In this document: piece after piece, positions 37,678 to 47,382 of the stretch
Layout: each line of letters begins with the position of its first letter
Numbering within the stretch: position 1 is the stretch's first letter
From: Vicinamibacterales bacterium
Lineage (GTDB): Bacteria > Acidobacteriota > Vicinamibacteria > Vicinamibacterales > JAMQPK01
Assembly: GCA_035281225.1 (NCBI GenBank)
Contig: DATEEI010000035.1
Span: forward strand, 9,607 to 73,606
Reading direction: 5' to 3'
Length of the DNA stretch: 64,000 bases
Program-made: the position numbers and the translations under genes
The notes under the pieces: generated by a model
Told to the model about the DNA's origin: nothing
The model's database searches: none
Seen by the model: only the letters and a program-made list of their open reading frames with translations

Positions 37678-40600
37678 TAGCTCGGTGCCTCCGCCCGGAC
37701 CAGCAACTCGGCGAAGTCGTAGTTGACGCTTGTGACGCCGAAGTCGGGTTCTCGTTGAAAGGGCCGGCGAACGTAGTGAACCGTGTGCGAGTGTTCGTCG
37801 TGGAACTCGACGATCCCGAGGATGAAGTCATCGGGCTTGTTCAAAGAGTAGAGGATCTCGTTGCGAGTGACTGTGATCGTGGAGGCACCCGCGATCCGGC
37901 CCTTCACCTCTATGAACCGAAGTCGTCCGGTACCGGGGATTGCGCTCTCGATGTCGTACCCGAGCTTGTCCGCTTCCTTGTCGACTGGGTCGAACCCCAA
38001 CCGTCGTTCGACGTCCATGATCGCCGCCCGCGCCCGCGCTGCAGACGCCAAGGTGTCCGGTGCCACGGAAACCGTGGGTCGGCCTGCAATCGCATTCAGA
38101 AGCCCGAGCGGAACGACCAGGAGGCCGCCAAGAACCACAGGCGGAAGTGGTGAAAGCTGCCGCTCAAGCCGCAATTCTTCCAGCCGCTTTTCAAGCCTTC
38201 CCTGCAGCGAGTCCGCGCGCTTTCGAGCTTCCGCTGAATTGAGCTTCGCGTTCGGTTTGCCGGCGCGCTCTTGCAGACGGAGTTCCTCGGCTCGGTGGTC
38301 CCAGTAGTTGATTTCCTTCGTCAACCGATCCTTGACGGCGGCTTCTGTCTTCTCAATCCTCGAAACCGTTCTCGCGCGAACCTCGCCGATGTGTTCAGGC
38401 ACAACTGTCGCGATGGCGTGCCCCTGTGCTTTCGCTTCCAACTCGCGTGTGATCCAGGCGCACTCGGGCCGCGCGAGGATCGTCGCAACGTCTGGCTCGC
38501 TCGCTTCGAGGGGGCGGTAGTCGAGGTACGGGGCGTATTGGAGGTGCTTCGCGTTGCCCGAAGCATCGAGTTCCACATAGAGCATCCTCTTGGACACGAT
38601 CCGTCGGTCGCCGGCACGAGTGGGAATCGCGTCCTGGATCGCGTGCTCAAGATAGAACACGACGCGAGGTGAGAGGCCTGCGTCTCGCTCATCGACCAGC
38701 ACAGCTCCACGGCGAAGCAAGTCACGGTGACGCTCCAACGTGAGATCGATTGTGGAGTCGAGCAACGGGTGGCCTGGAAACACGTACGCTGCGAGCGGCT
38801 GCCCCTGAGGCGCGACAAGCGATTTCTCGAATGCGATCCGCTCGTAGCGCGGCAGGACCGGCTCGCCAACTCCGATAAGTCGGTCGCGATTCCGGACCGG
38901 CGCGGGCACGTGTGTAATCTCGTACCGCCGTGTTTCCCGCTGCTTGGCCGTGCCTCCAAGGCGCTGGAATGCCTCAAGGAAGAATGACTCGATATAGTGC
39001 GGTTGGAGTCGACGAGCATCTGCTCGCTCCATGTCTTCACGGATGCGATGGACTCGACTAGCGTCCATCGAGTCATGCGCGAGCGCTCGCTCTTCCAGCA
39101 AGTCCTGGATCTGGGTCCGGTCGAAGGCATTGGCGACTACTTGAGAAAGTCGGCCACGGACCTCGGGCTGCTCTCCGTAGCGGATGGCTTCGATCAAGAG
39201 CTCTCGCAGAGGGCGGCCCTCGAACTGGAGCTTACCCAAGACGTCGAACACTTGGCCGCCAAGTGCCTTGCGCGCTTCGTCCAGCTTCTCGAGGAGGGTT
39301 CGATAAACCTCTCCCTCCCTGGTGCCTTCGGCAATCAGGTTCCAGAGATGGCACACTTCCGTCTGGCCGATTCGGTGGATACGACCAAATCGCTGTTCTA
39401 TGCGGTTCGGATTCCAGGGCAGGTCGTAGTTCACCATCAGGTGGGCGCGCTGCAGGTTGATGCCTTCGCCCGCTGCATCCGTCGCCACGAGAACTTGAAC
39501 AACCGGATCGTGCTTGAACGCCTCTTGGGCCTTCGTTCGGTCCTCTCGACCCATCCCGCCGTGGATGACGACGACGGCATCCTTGCGGCCAAGAAGCGTC
39601 GTGATTCGCTGTTCGAGATAGTTGAGCGTGTCGCGTTGCTCTGTGAAGATGACAAGTTTCTGGCTTGGCGAGGCAGCGACGCCAACCGCTGACGCGCTCG
39701 TCGGCGTTGTCGGGTCTTCGTTTGCTGGCGATGGCGTCACCGCGAAGATCTCACTGAGAAGACTCGCGAGCTCGCGCCACTTTCGATCCTCGCCGCCGCG
39801 CCGAACGACGAGCGCCAGATTTTCCAGCCGCTTCAGTGTTTCGATTTCCGCCTGAAGTTCGGCGATCGTGCGCGCGGCCGTCGCCTGATCGACGACTTCT
39901 TCGACAACTTGCTCTTGTTCTGCATCGGGGGAGTCTTCGATGTCTTCGATGTCCTCGTCCGTCATCTCCGGGAGCGTTGCTGCGGCGTCCAGGTTTGCAA
40001 GCGCACCGCGCTGGAGTTGTTCCTCCTCCCGCAGACGCTTTTCAAGCCGTTCTTTGCGGCGCCGGAGCGACTGATAGATCGCCTCCGGCGAAGAAGCCAG
40101 CCGCCGCTGGAGAATTGTGAGCGCGAAACCCACGGTGCCGGCTCGCTTGTCGTTCTGCAGCGCCTCTGCCCGATTGAATTCCTGGCGAACGTAATCAGTG
40201 ACCGCGGTGTAGAGTTGAGACTCCGCAGTCGAGAGCTGGTACGGAACCGTGTACGCGATGCGTTCAGGGAACAGCGGCGTCGCGTCAAACTTCAGCAGGC
40301 TCTCTTTGACCATGCGACGCATCAAATCGGAGACGTCCGCGGTGTGCACGCCGTCCCGGAAGCGACCCTCGAAGCGATCGCCATCGAGCAGAGCCATGAA
40401 CAGCTGAAAATCTTCTTCCTTCCCGTTGTGGGGCGTGGCTGTCATCAAGAGGAAGTGCCGCGTCACCGTCGACAGAAGCTGGCCAAGCTTGTATCGCTTC
40501 GTGTACTTGATTTCGCCTCCGAAGAACGTCGCCGACATCTTGTGCGCCTCATCGCACACAACGAGATCCCATCGGCAATCAGGAGCCGCCAGCTTCGCCT

Positions 40601-41246
40601 GCACATCCTCATTGCGGGAGAGTTTGTCGAGCCGAGCGATAGCGAGGTTGGTTTCGAAAAACCAGTTGCCGGTTCGTGCAGCTTCGAGCTTGTCGTTGGT
40701 CAGGATCTCGAACGGCAAGTTGAAGCGGCGGTACAGCTCGTCTTGCCATTGCTCCGCGAGCATGCCGGGGCACACAACCAGGCACCGTTGAAGATCGCCG
40801 CGTGCGATCAGTTCCTTGATCAGGAGGCCAGCCATGATGGTCTTGCCGGCTCCTGGGTCGTCGGCCAGCAAGAACCTCAGAGGTTGTCGCGGCAGCATCG
40901 AGCCGTAGACTGCCGTGATCTGGTGGGGCAACGGCTCGACCTGCGAGGTATGCACCGCCAGAAGCGGATCGAAGAGGTGTGCGAGGCGGATGCGGTGAGC
41001 CTCGGACACGAGTCGAAACAGGCCACCCTCGCCGTCAAAACTCCATGGTCGGCCCTGTTCCACCACCTCGATCCTGGGCTCGTCGTGGCGGTACAAGAGC
41101 TCGTTGGCCACCTTGCCAGCAGCGGTCTTGTAGGTCAGTTCCAGCGCCTCCGAACCGAACCACTGAGTACTGACGACAGTAACCAAGGCGTCCGGCAAAA
41201 TGCCCTTTACGGCCGCATTTGTTCGAAGATCTTCGAGTTTGCTCAT
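37677..41246 (-). CDS. SNF2/DEAD-like superfamily 2 helicase with a C-terminal DUF3883 (restriction-endonuclease-like) domain
   Basis: The ORF track start is 41282, and ATG at 41246 gives MSKLEDL. Motif I reads LLADDPGAGKTIMAGLLI and motif II reads LVVCDEAHKM. Motif VI-like reads NPNRIEQRFGRIHRIGQ. The C-terminus reads GYDIESAIPGTGRLRFIEVKGRIAGASTITVTRNEILYSLNKPDDFILGIVEF (DUF3883-like). Confidence 0.85.
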   Translation of the reverse strand: MSKLEDLRTNAAVKGILPDALVTVVSTQWFGSEALELTYKTAAGKVANELLYRHDEPRIEVVEQGRPWSFDGEGGLFRLVSEAHRIRLAHLFDPLLAVHTSQVEPLPHQITAVYGSMLPRQPLRFLLADDPGAGKTIMAGLLIKELIARGDLQRCLVVCPGMLAEQWQDELYRRFNLPFEILTNDKLEAARTGNWFFETNLAIARLDKLSRNEDVQAKLAAPDCRWDLVVCDEAHKMSATFFGGEIKYTKRYKLGQLLSTVTRHFLLMTATPHNGKEEDFQLFMALLDGDRFEGRFRDGVHTADVSDLMRRMVKESLLKFDATPLFPERIAYTVPYQLSTAESQLYTAVTDYVRQEFNRAEALQNDKRAGTVGFALTILQRRLASSPEAIYQSLRRRKERLEKRLREEEQLQRGALANLDAAATLPEMTDEDIEDIEDSPDAEQEQVVEEVVDQATAARTIAELQAEIETLKRLENLALVVRRGGEDRKWRELASLLSEIFAVTPSPANEDPTTPTSASAVGVAASPSQKLVIFTEQRDTLNYLEQRITTLLGRKDAVVVIHGGMGREDRTKAQEAFKHDPVVQVLVATDAAGEGINLQRAHLMVNYDLPWNPNRIEQRFGRIHRIGQTEVCHLWNLIAEGTREGEVYRTLLEKLDEARKALGGQVFDVLGKLQFEGRPLRELLIEAIRYGEQPEVRGRLSQVVANAFDRTQIQDLLEERALAHDSMDASRVHRIREDMERADARRLQPHYIESFFLEAFQRLGGTAKQRETRRYEITHVPAPVRNRDRLIGVGEPVLPRYERIAFEKSLVAPQGQPLAAYVFPGHPLLDSTIDLTLERHRDLLRRGAVLVDERDAGLSPRVVFYLEHAIQDAIPTRAGDRRIVSKRMLYVELDASGNAKHLQYAPYLDYRPLEASEPDVATILARPECAWITRELEAKAQGHAIATVVPEHIGEVRARTVSRIEKTEAAVKDRLTKEINYWDHRAEELRLQERAGKPNAKLNSAEARKRADSLQGRLEKRLEELRLERQLSPLPPVVLGGLLVVPLGLLNAIAGRPTVSVAPDTLASAARARAAIMDVERRLGFDPVDKEADKLGYDIESAIPGTGRLRFIEVKGRIAGASTITVTRNEILYSLNKPDDFILGIVEFHDEHSHTVHYVRRPFQREPDFGVTSVNYDFAELLVRAEAPS

Positions 41247-41885
41247 CTTGGGCTCAAACCCACAAAGTCGGACCTCGCGCATCCGCGAAGCGCGACTGTA
41301 ACGTTAACCGAAACGAAGAGATCCCGAGAGTCGGAACTGACGTCGCCCAGTGCTACGGCCGTCGCCGTTGGGGTACCGCCAGATTGAACACAACAGAATA
41401 TCGAAGAGGGTGACAGGCTAGGTCACACGCGTACGAGCGCCACGATGGGCGGCGCATCAGGAGCTGAAGTCACTGAGCGGGGTCTTCCGACGCCCGGCGT
41501 GCGCCTGCCTTTCGGCGTGTCGAGCCACGATAACGCGCCCGGCGCGGCAAAATGTACGAGTAATTTTTTCCGGCGTGTCAGCCTTCACGACACCGTCTTG
41601 GCGCCGACATTTTGATTCTTGCCTGTTTTGTGAAGCGCGCGCTAACAGCCGAGCGGTACTCTTCTTGCCTTTTGACGGCGCACGCGGGACCGCTCAGTCA
41701 GGGATTTCCCGTTGCAATTCCCTCCCCGGTAACCCGCCACAAATCAATCTCTGTCCGCCAATTGAATTGGAACCGCTAATCGTCTGTCCGCGCGGGCCGA
41801 CAATACGCACGCGTGTATACATCACAATACGTAAGCTTGTATACGTTATGAACATTCGTGAACCGCGGTCCGAGATGGAGTCCGT

Positions 41886-42209
41886 TTAAGTCTTGTCTTG
41901 TTTCCCGCGACGCCGCTGCTTGGCCCATCTTGCCTGAACGGCCCGCCGGAGAATCTCACTCCGCTCCTCCGCGCTGACGTTTCGCCACCTCGCCGCACCA
42001 AGACCCACGGCAGTGCGTTTTATCGGTTCTGGCGCGAGTTTTTTGCTCGCAACGTCAAGCAGTTCAAGGGCGAGATCGAGCAGGACTTCTGCCGGCAGAC
42101 CGGTGTGTCGCATCACGGCGCGAAGCCGGGTGCTACGTCGGACGCCGAGCGCGCGCGAGAGATCTGACGCCACTGCGGGATCTGGAACTTTTTTTGCTAG
42201 CGTCGGCAT
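41886..42209 (-). CDS. small basic hypothetical protein, possible DNA-binding regulator divergent from the T4SS operon
   Basis: 107 aa with an ATG start. The C-terminus ARWAKQRRRGKQDKT is lysine/arginine-rich. No family recognised. Confidence 0.4.
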   Translation of the reverse strand: MPTLAKKVPDPAVASDLSRALGVRRSTRLRAVMRHTGLPAEVLLDLALELLDVASKKLAPEPIKRTAVGLGAARWRNVSAEERSEILRRAVQARWAKQRRRGKQDKT

Positions 42210-42260
42210 ACAGATGCTTGTATGGTAACAGAGGTTAGACTTTCTAGCACGGAGGTTCTA

Positions 42261-42551
42261 ATGAGCGGCAGACTCGTTCCACTGAGTCGCATCGGAGTCG
42301 CGACGCTCGCAATTCTCGTGCTCGCTCCAACGATTGCCCTGGCGCAGGGATCGCCTTGGGAGCGCGCGGCGAACAACCTCGCGCTCACTTTCACCGGGCC
42401 ACTTGCCCGGTCCCTTGCGCTCGTCGCCATCGTCATCGGCGGACTGATGTTCATGTTCGGCGAGGGCGGGGCCAAGCGACAGATTTCAGGAATCGTGTTT
42501 GGTGGGGGACTCGCGCTGTTTGCCGGGCAGTTCCTCTTGTGGTTGTTCTGA
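42261..42551 (+). CDS. virB2: VirB2/TrbC-type conjugative pilin
   Basis: The ORF track start is 42222, and ATG at 42261 follows ACGGAGG. The long leader MSGRLVPLSRIGVATLAILVLAPTIALA is followed by two hydrophobic helices, LVAIVIGGLMFMFGEGG and ISGIVFGGGLALFAGQFLLWLF. Confidence 0.7.
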   Translation: MSGRLVPLSRIGVATLAILVLAPTIALAQGSPWERAANNLALTFTGPLARSLALVAIVIGGLMFMFGEGGAKRQISGIVFGGGLALFAGQFLLWLF

Positions 42552-42584
42552 CGATTCAGCAGCAGGTTCTTCGGAGATCGGGTT

Positions 42585-42881
42585 ATGAAAGACCGCCCGA
42601 CGTACAGGCCCGTCTACAAGGCCCTTCATCGTCCGCTCACCATTTGCGGGGTTGACCGCCGTCTGTTCTTCCTCGCGCTCACGATGGGCGCGGCGACCTT
42701 CAACCTCTTCTACTCGTTCCTTGCCGGCCTCCTGGTCGCGGGCAGTCTCTTCGTGTTCGCGCTCTGGGCAATGAAGAGAGACCCGGAGATGCTCCGCATC
42801 CTGTTGTCTTCGTCGCGGTTCAAGAGCCGCTACGACGGCGCGAAGCACGCGCGCGTCGACATCGAGGTGCGCCCATGCTGA
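42585..42881 (+). CDS. virB3: VirB3/TrbD-like T4SS protein
   Basis: YRPVYKALHRPLTICGVDRRLFFLALTMGAATFNLFYS...FALWAMKRDPEMLRIL fits the typical VirB3 pattern. The gene sits immediately upstream of virB4 and overlaps it. Confidence 0.75.
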   Translation: MKDRPTYRPVYKALHRPLTICGVDRRLFFLALTMGAATFNLFYSFLAGLLVAGSLFVFALWAMKRDPEMLRILLSSSRFKSRYDGAKHARVDIEVRPC

Positions 42882-45304
42882 GCCTGAAGCGGATCGTGCG
42901 GGACTACGAGCAAGCAGGCAGCGTGAACAGCCTCCTTGCCATCTGGGGCTTCGTCGATGAACACACGTTCCTGACGAAGGCCGGTCACGTAGGCATGGTC
43001 TACCGCCTCGCCGGCGTTGACTACGAATGTCTTGACCAAGCGCAGCGCCGAGACGTCGTCCACCGCTTTGAAGCGGCATTGCGACTGCTCGACGAGTCCT
43101 GCCGCGTCTACCAGTACCTGTGCAAGCGCCGTATCGATCCCATCGAGGCCGCACTCTGCCGCCAGCCGATCGCCGACAAGGCGATTCAGGGCCGCGTCGA
43201 CTACCTGAATGGTCGGCGGGCGGAACTCCACGAAATCACGCTGTATCTGGTGCTTGTGTACGAAGGCGTTCGAACCGGTGCCGGCACGAGCACGCGCCTG
43301 CGGGAATTCTGGCGACAGCCACGACGCGCGATGCAGGAATGGCTGTCAACGAAGACGACGTGCGCGCTGCTCGAGGCCGAACTCGATCGTGCGATTGCGC
43401 AGCTTCATCATCGTGCCTCCGCCTTCGAGGTGCAGCTCGCTGATAGTGTCCGGCCGTCACGGCTTGGCAAAGCCGACGCTTTCCAATTCCTCCGGCGACT
43501 GGTGAACTACGCGCCGCACAAGGCGACCGGAGCGGCGCTCAAGTACGACACGCACCTGGATTATTTCGTCGCGGATTCATCAATCGACTGTCATCGCAGC
43601 CATCTCGAAATCGATGACGTACGCGCCAAAGTCCTCACGATGAAAGAGGCCCCGAGCACCACCTTCGCGCATCTACTCGAGGACTTGTATACGGTTCCGG
43701 GCGAATTCATCGCGTGTCTGGAATGGCGTCGGATTTCGAATGACCGGATGCGCCGTGACATCCAGACCCGGCGCCGGCATTTCTTCAACAAGCGCGTGTC
43801 CCTCGTCAACTACGTGTCGCCCGACACCCGGCCGGAGGAAATGCTCGTGGACGAGAGTGCGAGCGCCACTGTCAAACAGTTAGGGGACGCACTGACAGAG
43901 CTGGACGTCAACGGCCACTTCTTCGGAGAGTGTTCGCTTGCCCTCGTCCTCTTCGATCGAGATGCGCAGGCGTTGGAGCGCATGGCCGCCGAAGCGATCA
44001 AGGTGATGGCGGCTCACGACGGGGCCGTGTTCGAGGAGACGTACAACCTGCTGAACGCGTGGCTGAGCGTGATTCCCGGCAACAGCGCTCACAACCTTCG
44101 CCGGCTGGCGCTTCTGGAGACGAACTACGCCGATCTGAGCTTCCTCTTCACGCTCGACGGCGGCCACCGGCAGTGTCGTCATCTGAGGCACGATGCGCTC
44201 GCCATCTTCGAGACGCGCCACCAGACACCGTTCCACTTCACCCTGCACGTCCAGGATGTAGGCCATGCGCTTGTGCTCGGCGCGACCGGCAGCGGCAAAA
44301 GCTTCCTGCTGAATTTCCTCCTGACGCACGCTCAGAAATACGACCCGATGACGGTTGTCTTCGACCTCGGTCAGAGCTACCGCAAATTGGCCACGCTACT
44401 CCAGGGCAGCTATCTGGAGCTGGGCCTGCGTCAGCGCGGGGTCACGATCAATCCGTTCACGCTCGACCCGACTCCCGAGAACCTCCACTTCCTCCATGCG
44501 TTCGTCCGAGTGTTGCTCGAAGGATCGGACGGCTACCAGCTCAGTGATCTCGAAGACCGCGAAGTGTACGACGCGGTCGAGAACCTGTACGTCCTCGACC
44601 GGACACAACGGCGGCTATTCACGCTGGCGAACCTGCTGCCTCGAGCCCTCTCGAACCGACTCAGTAAGTGGATCGAGGGCGGCCGTTACGCCGACCTGTT
44701 CGATCACCTCGAAGACACGCTCAGTATTCAGCAATTCCAGGTCTTCGACTTCGACGCGATGCGAGCTTATCCCGCCCTCATCGAGCCGCTGCTGTTCTAC
44801 GTGCTTCATCGCGTCCGAGCACGCATTGATGACTCGAACACAACTGGGCTCAAGGTCTGCGTCATGGATGAAGCGTGGCGCTTTATCCAGCACCCCACTC
44901 TCCGTGCGTACGTCGAGGAAGCGCTCAAGACCTGGCGCAAGCGGAATGGCGCCATCCTGCTGGCCACCCAGTCCGTCGACGATTTCGCATCTGCAGATCT
45001 CTTGCGCACGGTCGTCGAGGGGTGTCCGACGAAGTTGTTGTTGGCCAACCCGGCGCTCGATCGCACGAAGTACGCCGAGCTGTTCCAATTGAACACGACA
45101 GAGCTCGACCTGCTCACGGAACTCATCCCGCGTCGTCAGATGTTGCTCAAGCGTCCGGACCTGGCCAAGGTCCTCAACCTGAATGTCGATCCGCGGTCCT
45201 ACTGGCTCTACACAAACACGCCATTCGACAACGACCGTGTCGCTGCCGCGTTTCGGGAATACGGATTCGAGGCTGGTCTCGACCAGTTGGCCGCCTCGGC
45301 TTGA
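42875..45304 (+). CDS. virB4: VirB4/TrbE T4SS ATPase
   Basis: 809 aa. Walker A reads HALVLGATGSGKSFLLNFLL and Walker B reads KVCVMDEAWRFI, followed by ILLATQSVDDF. The N-terminal domain is typical of VirB4. Confidence 0.9.
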   Translation: MLSLKRIVRDYEQAGSVNSLLAIWGFVDEHTFLTKAGHVGMVYRLAGVDYECLDQAQRRDVVHRFEAALRLLDESCRVYQYLCKRRIDPIEAALCRQPIADKAIQGRVDYLNGRRAELHEITLYLVLVYEGVRTGAGTSTRLREFWRQPRRAMQEWLSTKTTCALLEAELDRAIAQLHHRASAFEVQLADSVRPSRLGKADAFQFLRRLVNYAPHKATGAALKYDTHLDYFVADSSIDCHRSHLEIDDVRAKVLTMKEAPSTTFAHLLEDLYTVPGEFIACLEWRRISNDRMRRDIQTRRRHFFNKRVSLVNYVSPDTRPEEMLVDESASATVKQLGDALTELDVNGHFFGECSLALVLFDRDAQALERMAAEAIKVMAAHDGAVFEETYNLLNAWLSVIPGNSAHNLRRLALLETNYADLSFLFTLDGGHRQCRHLRHDALAIFETRHQTPFHFTLHVQDVGHALVLGATGSGKSFLLNFLLTHAQKYDPMTVVFDLGQSYRKLATLLQGSYLELGLRQRGVTINPFTLDPTPENLHFLHAFVRVLLEGSDGYQLSDLEDREVYDAVENLYVLDRTQRRLFTLANLLPRALSNRLSKWIEGGRYADLFDHLEDTLSIQQFQVFDFDAMRAYPALIEPLLFYVLHRVRARIDDSNTTGLKVCVMDEAWRFIQHPTLRAYVEEALKTWRKRNGAILLATQSVDDFASADLLRTVVEGCPTKLLLANPALDRTKYAELFQLNTTELDLLTELIPRRQMLLKRPDLAKVLNLNVDPRSYWLYTNTPFDNDRVAAAFREYGFEAGLDQLAASA

Positions 45305-45320
45305 TCAGGAGGTTGTCGTC

Positions 45321-46088
45321 ATGCGTGCTCAAGTCCTCGTCGCTGCTTTGGTTCTTGCTCCGATGGGCATCACATCTCTCGCAGCCCAGACGGTCGGCAT
45401 CCGTGAAGTCACCGCTTCGGAGCGGAGCGTTGTTCCACTGAACACGAAGATCCGCTACACCACGATGATCGTGCTGCCGGACGACGAGGAGATCCTCGAC
45501 GTCGTCTGTGGCGACAAGGACTTCTGGGTGATCTCGGCGACCCAGAACATCGCGCACGTCAAGCCCGCAAAGGAAGGCGCCGCCACCAATCTCAACCTCG
45601 TGACGGCGAGCGGCATGGTCTATTCGTTCCTGCTGACTGAAGGAAAACAGGCGCAGCCGGATCTCAAGCTGTACGTCGCGGCCGACCCAAATGCGAAGAG
45701 GGGTAAGCCGAAGTATTTCTCCGCGACGCAGGTCAGTGCCCTGCAGGCTGAACTGACCCAGGCGCGCGGCGCGATTGAAGCAGCCACCCACCGGAGCAGT
45801 GATGCAATCGCGAGCTTCAGAAACGAGTATCCGGCGCGCCTCGCCTTCAGCTACGGGACGCCGAAGTACGAGAAGCCGTTCTTCGTGCGCTCCATCTGGC
45901 ATGACGGCGAGTTCACGTACATCAAGTCGGACGCGCGAGAACTGCCTGCGCTATACGAGTTGAAGGACGGACAGCCGTCGCTGGTGAACTTCCAGGTCCA
46001 GCAGGGCACGTACGTCGTCCCGAAGGTACTGGAACGGGGGTATCTCGCGCTCGGGAAGGAGCGCTTCTCCTTCCAGCAAGGACAGTAG
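45321..46088 (+). CDS. virB9: VirB9/TrbG-like T4SS outer-membrane core protein
   Basis: The ORF track start is 45183, and ATG at 45321 follows AGGAGG. A signal peptide MRAQVLVAALVLAPMGITSLAAQ is followed by IRYTTMIVLPDDEEILDVVCGDKDFWVISATQNIAHVKPAKEGAATNLNLVTASGMVYSFLL, the VirB9 N-domain pattern. Confidence 0.7.
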   Translation: MRAQVLVAALVLAPMGITSLAAQTVGIREVTASERSVVPLNTKIRYTTMIVLPDDEEILDVVCGDKDFWVISATQNIAHVKPAKEGAATNLNLVTASGMVYSFLLTEGKQAQPDLKLYVAADPNAKRGKPKYFSATQVSALQAELTQARGAIEAATHRSSDAIASFRNEYPARLAFSYGTPKYEKPFFVRSIWHDGEFTYIKSDARELPALYELKDGQPSLVNFQVQQGTYVVPKVLERGYLALGKERFSFQQGQ

Positions 46089-46090
46089 CC

Positions 46091-47371
46091 ATGGCCGACA
46101 CCGCTCCCGGAACAGCGCCCGTCACCGACAGTCGCATCGCTCCGCGCGGCGTGCTTCCGCGCAACGCACAGACGTATCTGATGCTGGCCGTCGCCGTGGG
46201 CATTCTCGGCATCATCGTTCTGACCGGCAACCGCGAGCCGGAATCGCGTCCGGTCTCACCGGCGACTTCGCCTGCCACGATGGCGTTGAATTCCGATCGG
46301 CTGCGGGACTATCAGGATCGCTTGCGTGTCCTCGATGACCGCGCGCGGCAGGCGCTCAATGAACCTCGTGTCGAGCAACCAGCCCGACTCGGCGGGTATC
46401 AGGAGCCGGCCGTGTCTGCGGCTCCTGATCCGCTCGAAGCAGAACGAAAGCGACGGGAGTACGAAAGCCTCTTCTCGAGCAACGTCGTCCTGAGCCGGCG
46501 GCCCGACGGCCAACGACTCAGCTCGAATGACACCCCGGCGCGATGGACGCCCTCCGCAGCACCGGACCAAGGCATTCCGCCGCCGCCAACGATCGATCAA
46601 GTGGCGGATGCTGTTATCCGCGCAAGCTCGCGGTACGGGCAACCGACCGCGCCGCACACGACAGCAGTGACGGCTACGTCCCCAACCGACATTGGGGCGC
46701 CCTCGTCACCGCAAGCCACATTACGTCCTGTTGCCACAGGCCCTATCAGCTCTAGTGGCCCTTTGCATCCCGTCCTCGAGGGAACGTTGATGGATGCCGT
46801 CCTCACAAACCGTCTGGACGGTAGTGCGGCCGCCCCAGTCAACTGCCTCGTTACGAATCCGATCTATTCGCATGACGGTCGATTCGTGTTGATACCCGCG
46901 GGATCGCGCGTGTTGGGCGAAACCAAGCCTGTGCAGACGTTCGGCGATACGCGTCTCGCGGTGTACTTCAATCGATTGGTGATGCCTGACGGGCGCACGT
47001 ACCGCCTCGATCAGTTCATGGGCCTGAACGACATCGGCGATGCGGGTCTGCGCGATCAGGTAAACCAGCACTACAAATCAACGTTCGGTGCATCTGCCGC
47101 AATCGGTCTCATCAGCGGCTTGGCCCAGTTCCTCGGCACCGCAGGCTTCAACCGTGGGGATGGGGATCGCACTGTCATCATCGCTGGCGGCGTCGGCGAC
47201 GCCACTTCGCAAGCCACCGCCCAGGCGATGAATCGCTTTCTCAATCGACCGCCAAGCATCACGATTCGCGAAGGGCACCGCGTCAAGGTGTATGTGACGA
47301 GTGATTTTCAATTGCCAGCGTACCAATCGTCGGGACCAGGCAGCCGCCAAGTGTTGGCGGTGAATCGCTGA
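46091..47371 (+). CDS. virB10: VirB10/TrbI-like T4SS protein
   Basis: The layout is an N-terminal TM segment, a Pro-rich linker, and a C-terminal TrbI-type domain: VLIPAGSRVLGETKP ... RLAVYFNRLVMPDGRTYRLD ... GLRDQVNQHYKSTFGASAAIGLISG. Confidence 0.8.
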   Translation: MADTAPGTAPVTDSRIAPRGVLPRNAQTYLMLAVAVGILGIIVLTGNREPESRPVSPATSPATMALNSDRLRDYQDRLRVLDDRARQALNEPRVEQPARLGGYQEPAVSAAPDPLEAERKRREYESLFSSNVVLSRRPDGQRLSSNDTPARWTPSAAPDQGIPPPPTIDQVADAVIRASSRYGQPTAPHTTAVTATSPTDIGAPSSPQATLRPVATGPISSSGPLHPVLEGTLMDAVLTNRLDGSAAAPVNCLVTNPIYSHDGRFVLIPAGSRVLGETKPVQTFGDTRLAVYFNRLVMPDGRTYRLDQFMGLNDIGDAGLRDQVNQHYKSTFGASAAIGLISGLAQFLGTAGFNRGDGDRTVIIAGGVGDATSQATAQAMNRFLNRPPSITIREGHRVKVYVTSDFQLPAYQSSGPGSRQVLAVNR

Positions 47372-47382
47372 GGAACACGAAT

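Noticed and set aside
39909-41387. 492-aa plus-strand ORF antisense to the helicase
   Set aside because: The opposite strand has the complete SF2 helicase motif set. This ORF is Arg/Leu/Val-rich without recognisable domains.
41575-41889. 104-aa plus-strand ORF in the 600-bp spacer
   Set aside because: It has no RBS, is Cys/Arg/Pro-rich, and spans the AT-rich palindromic segment. The region is more likely non-coding.
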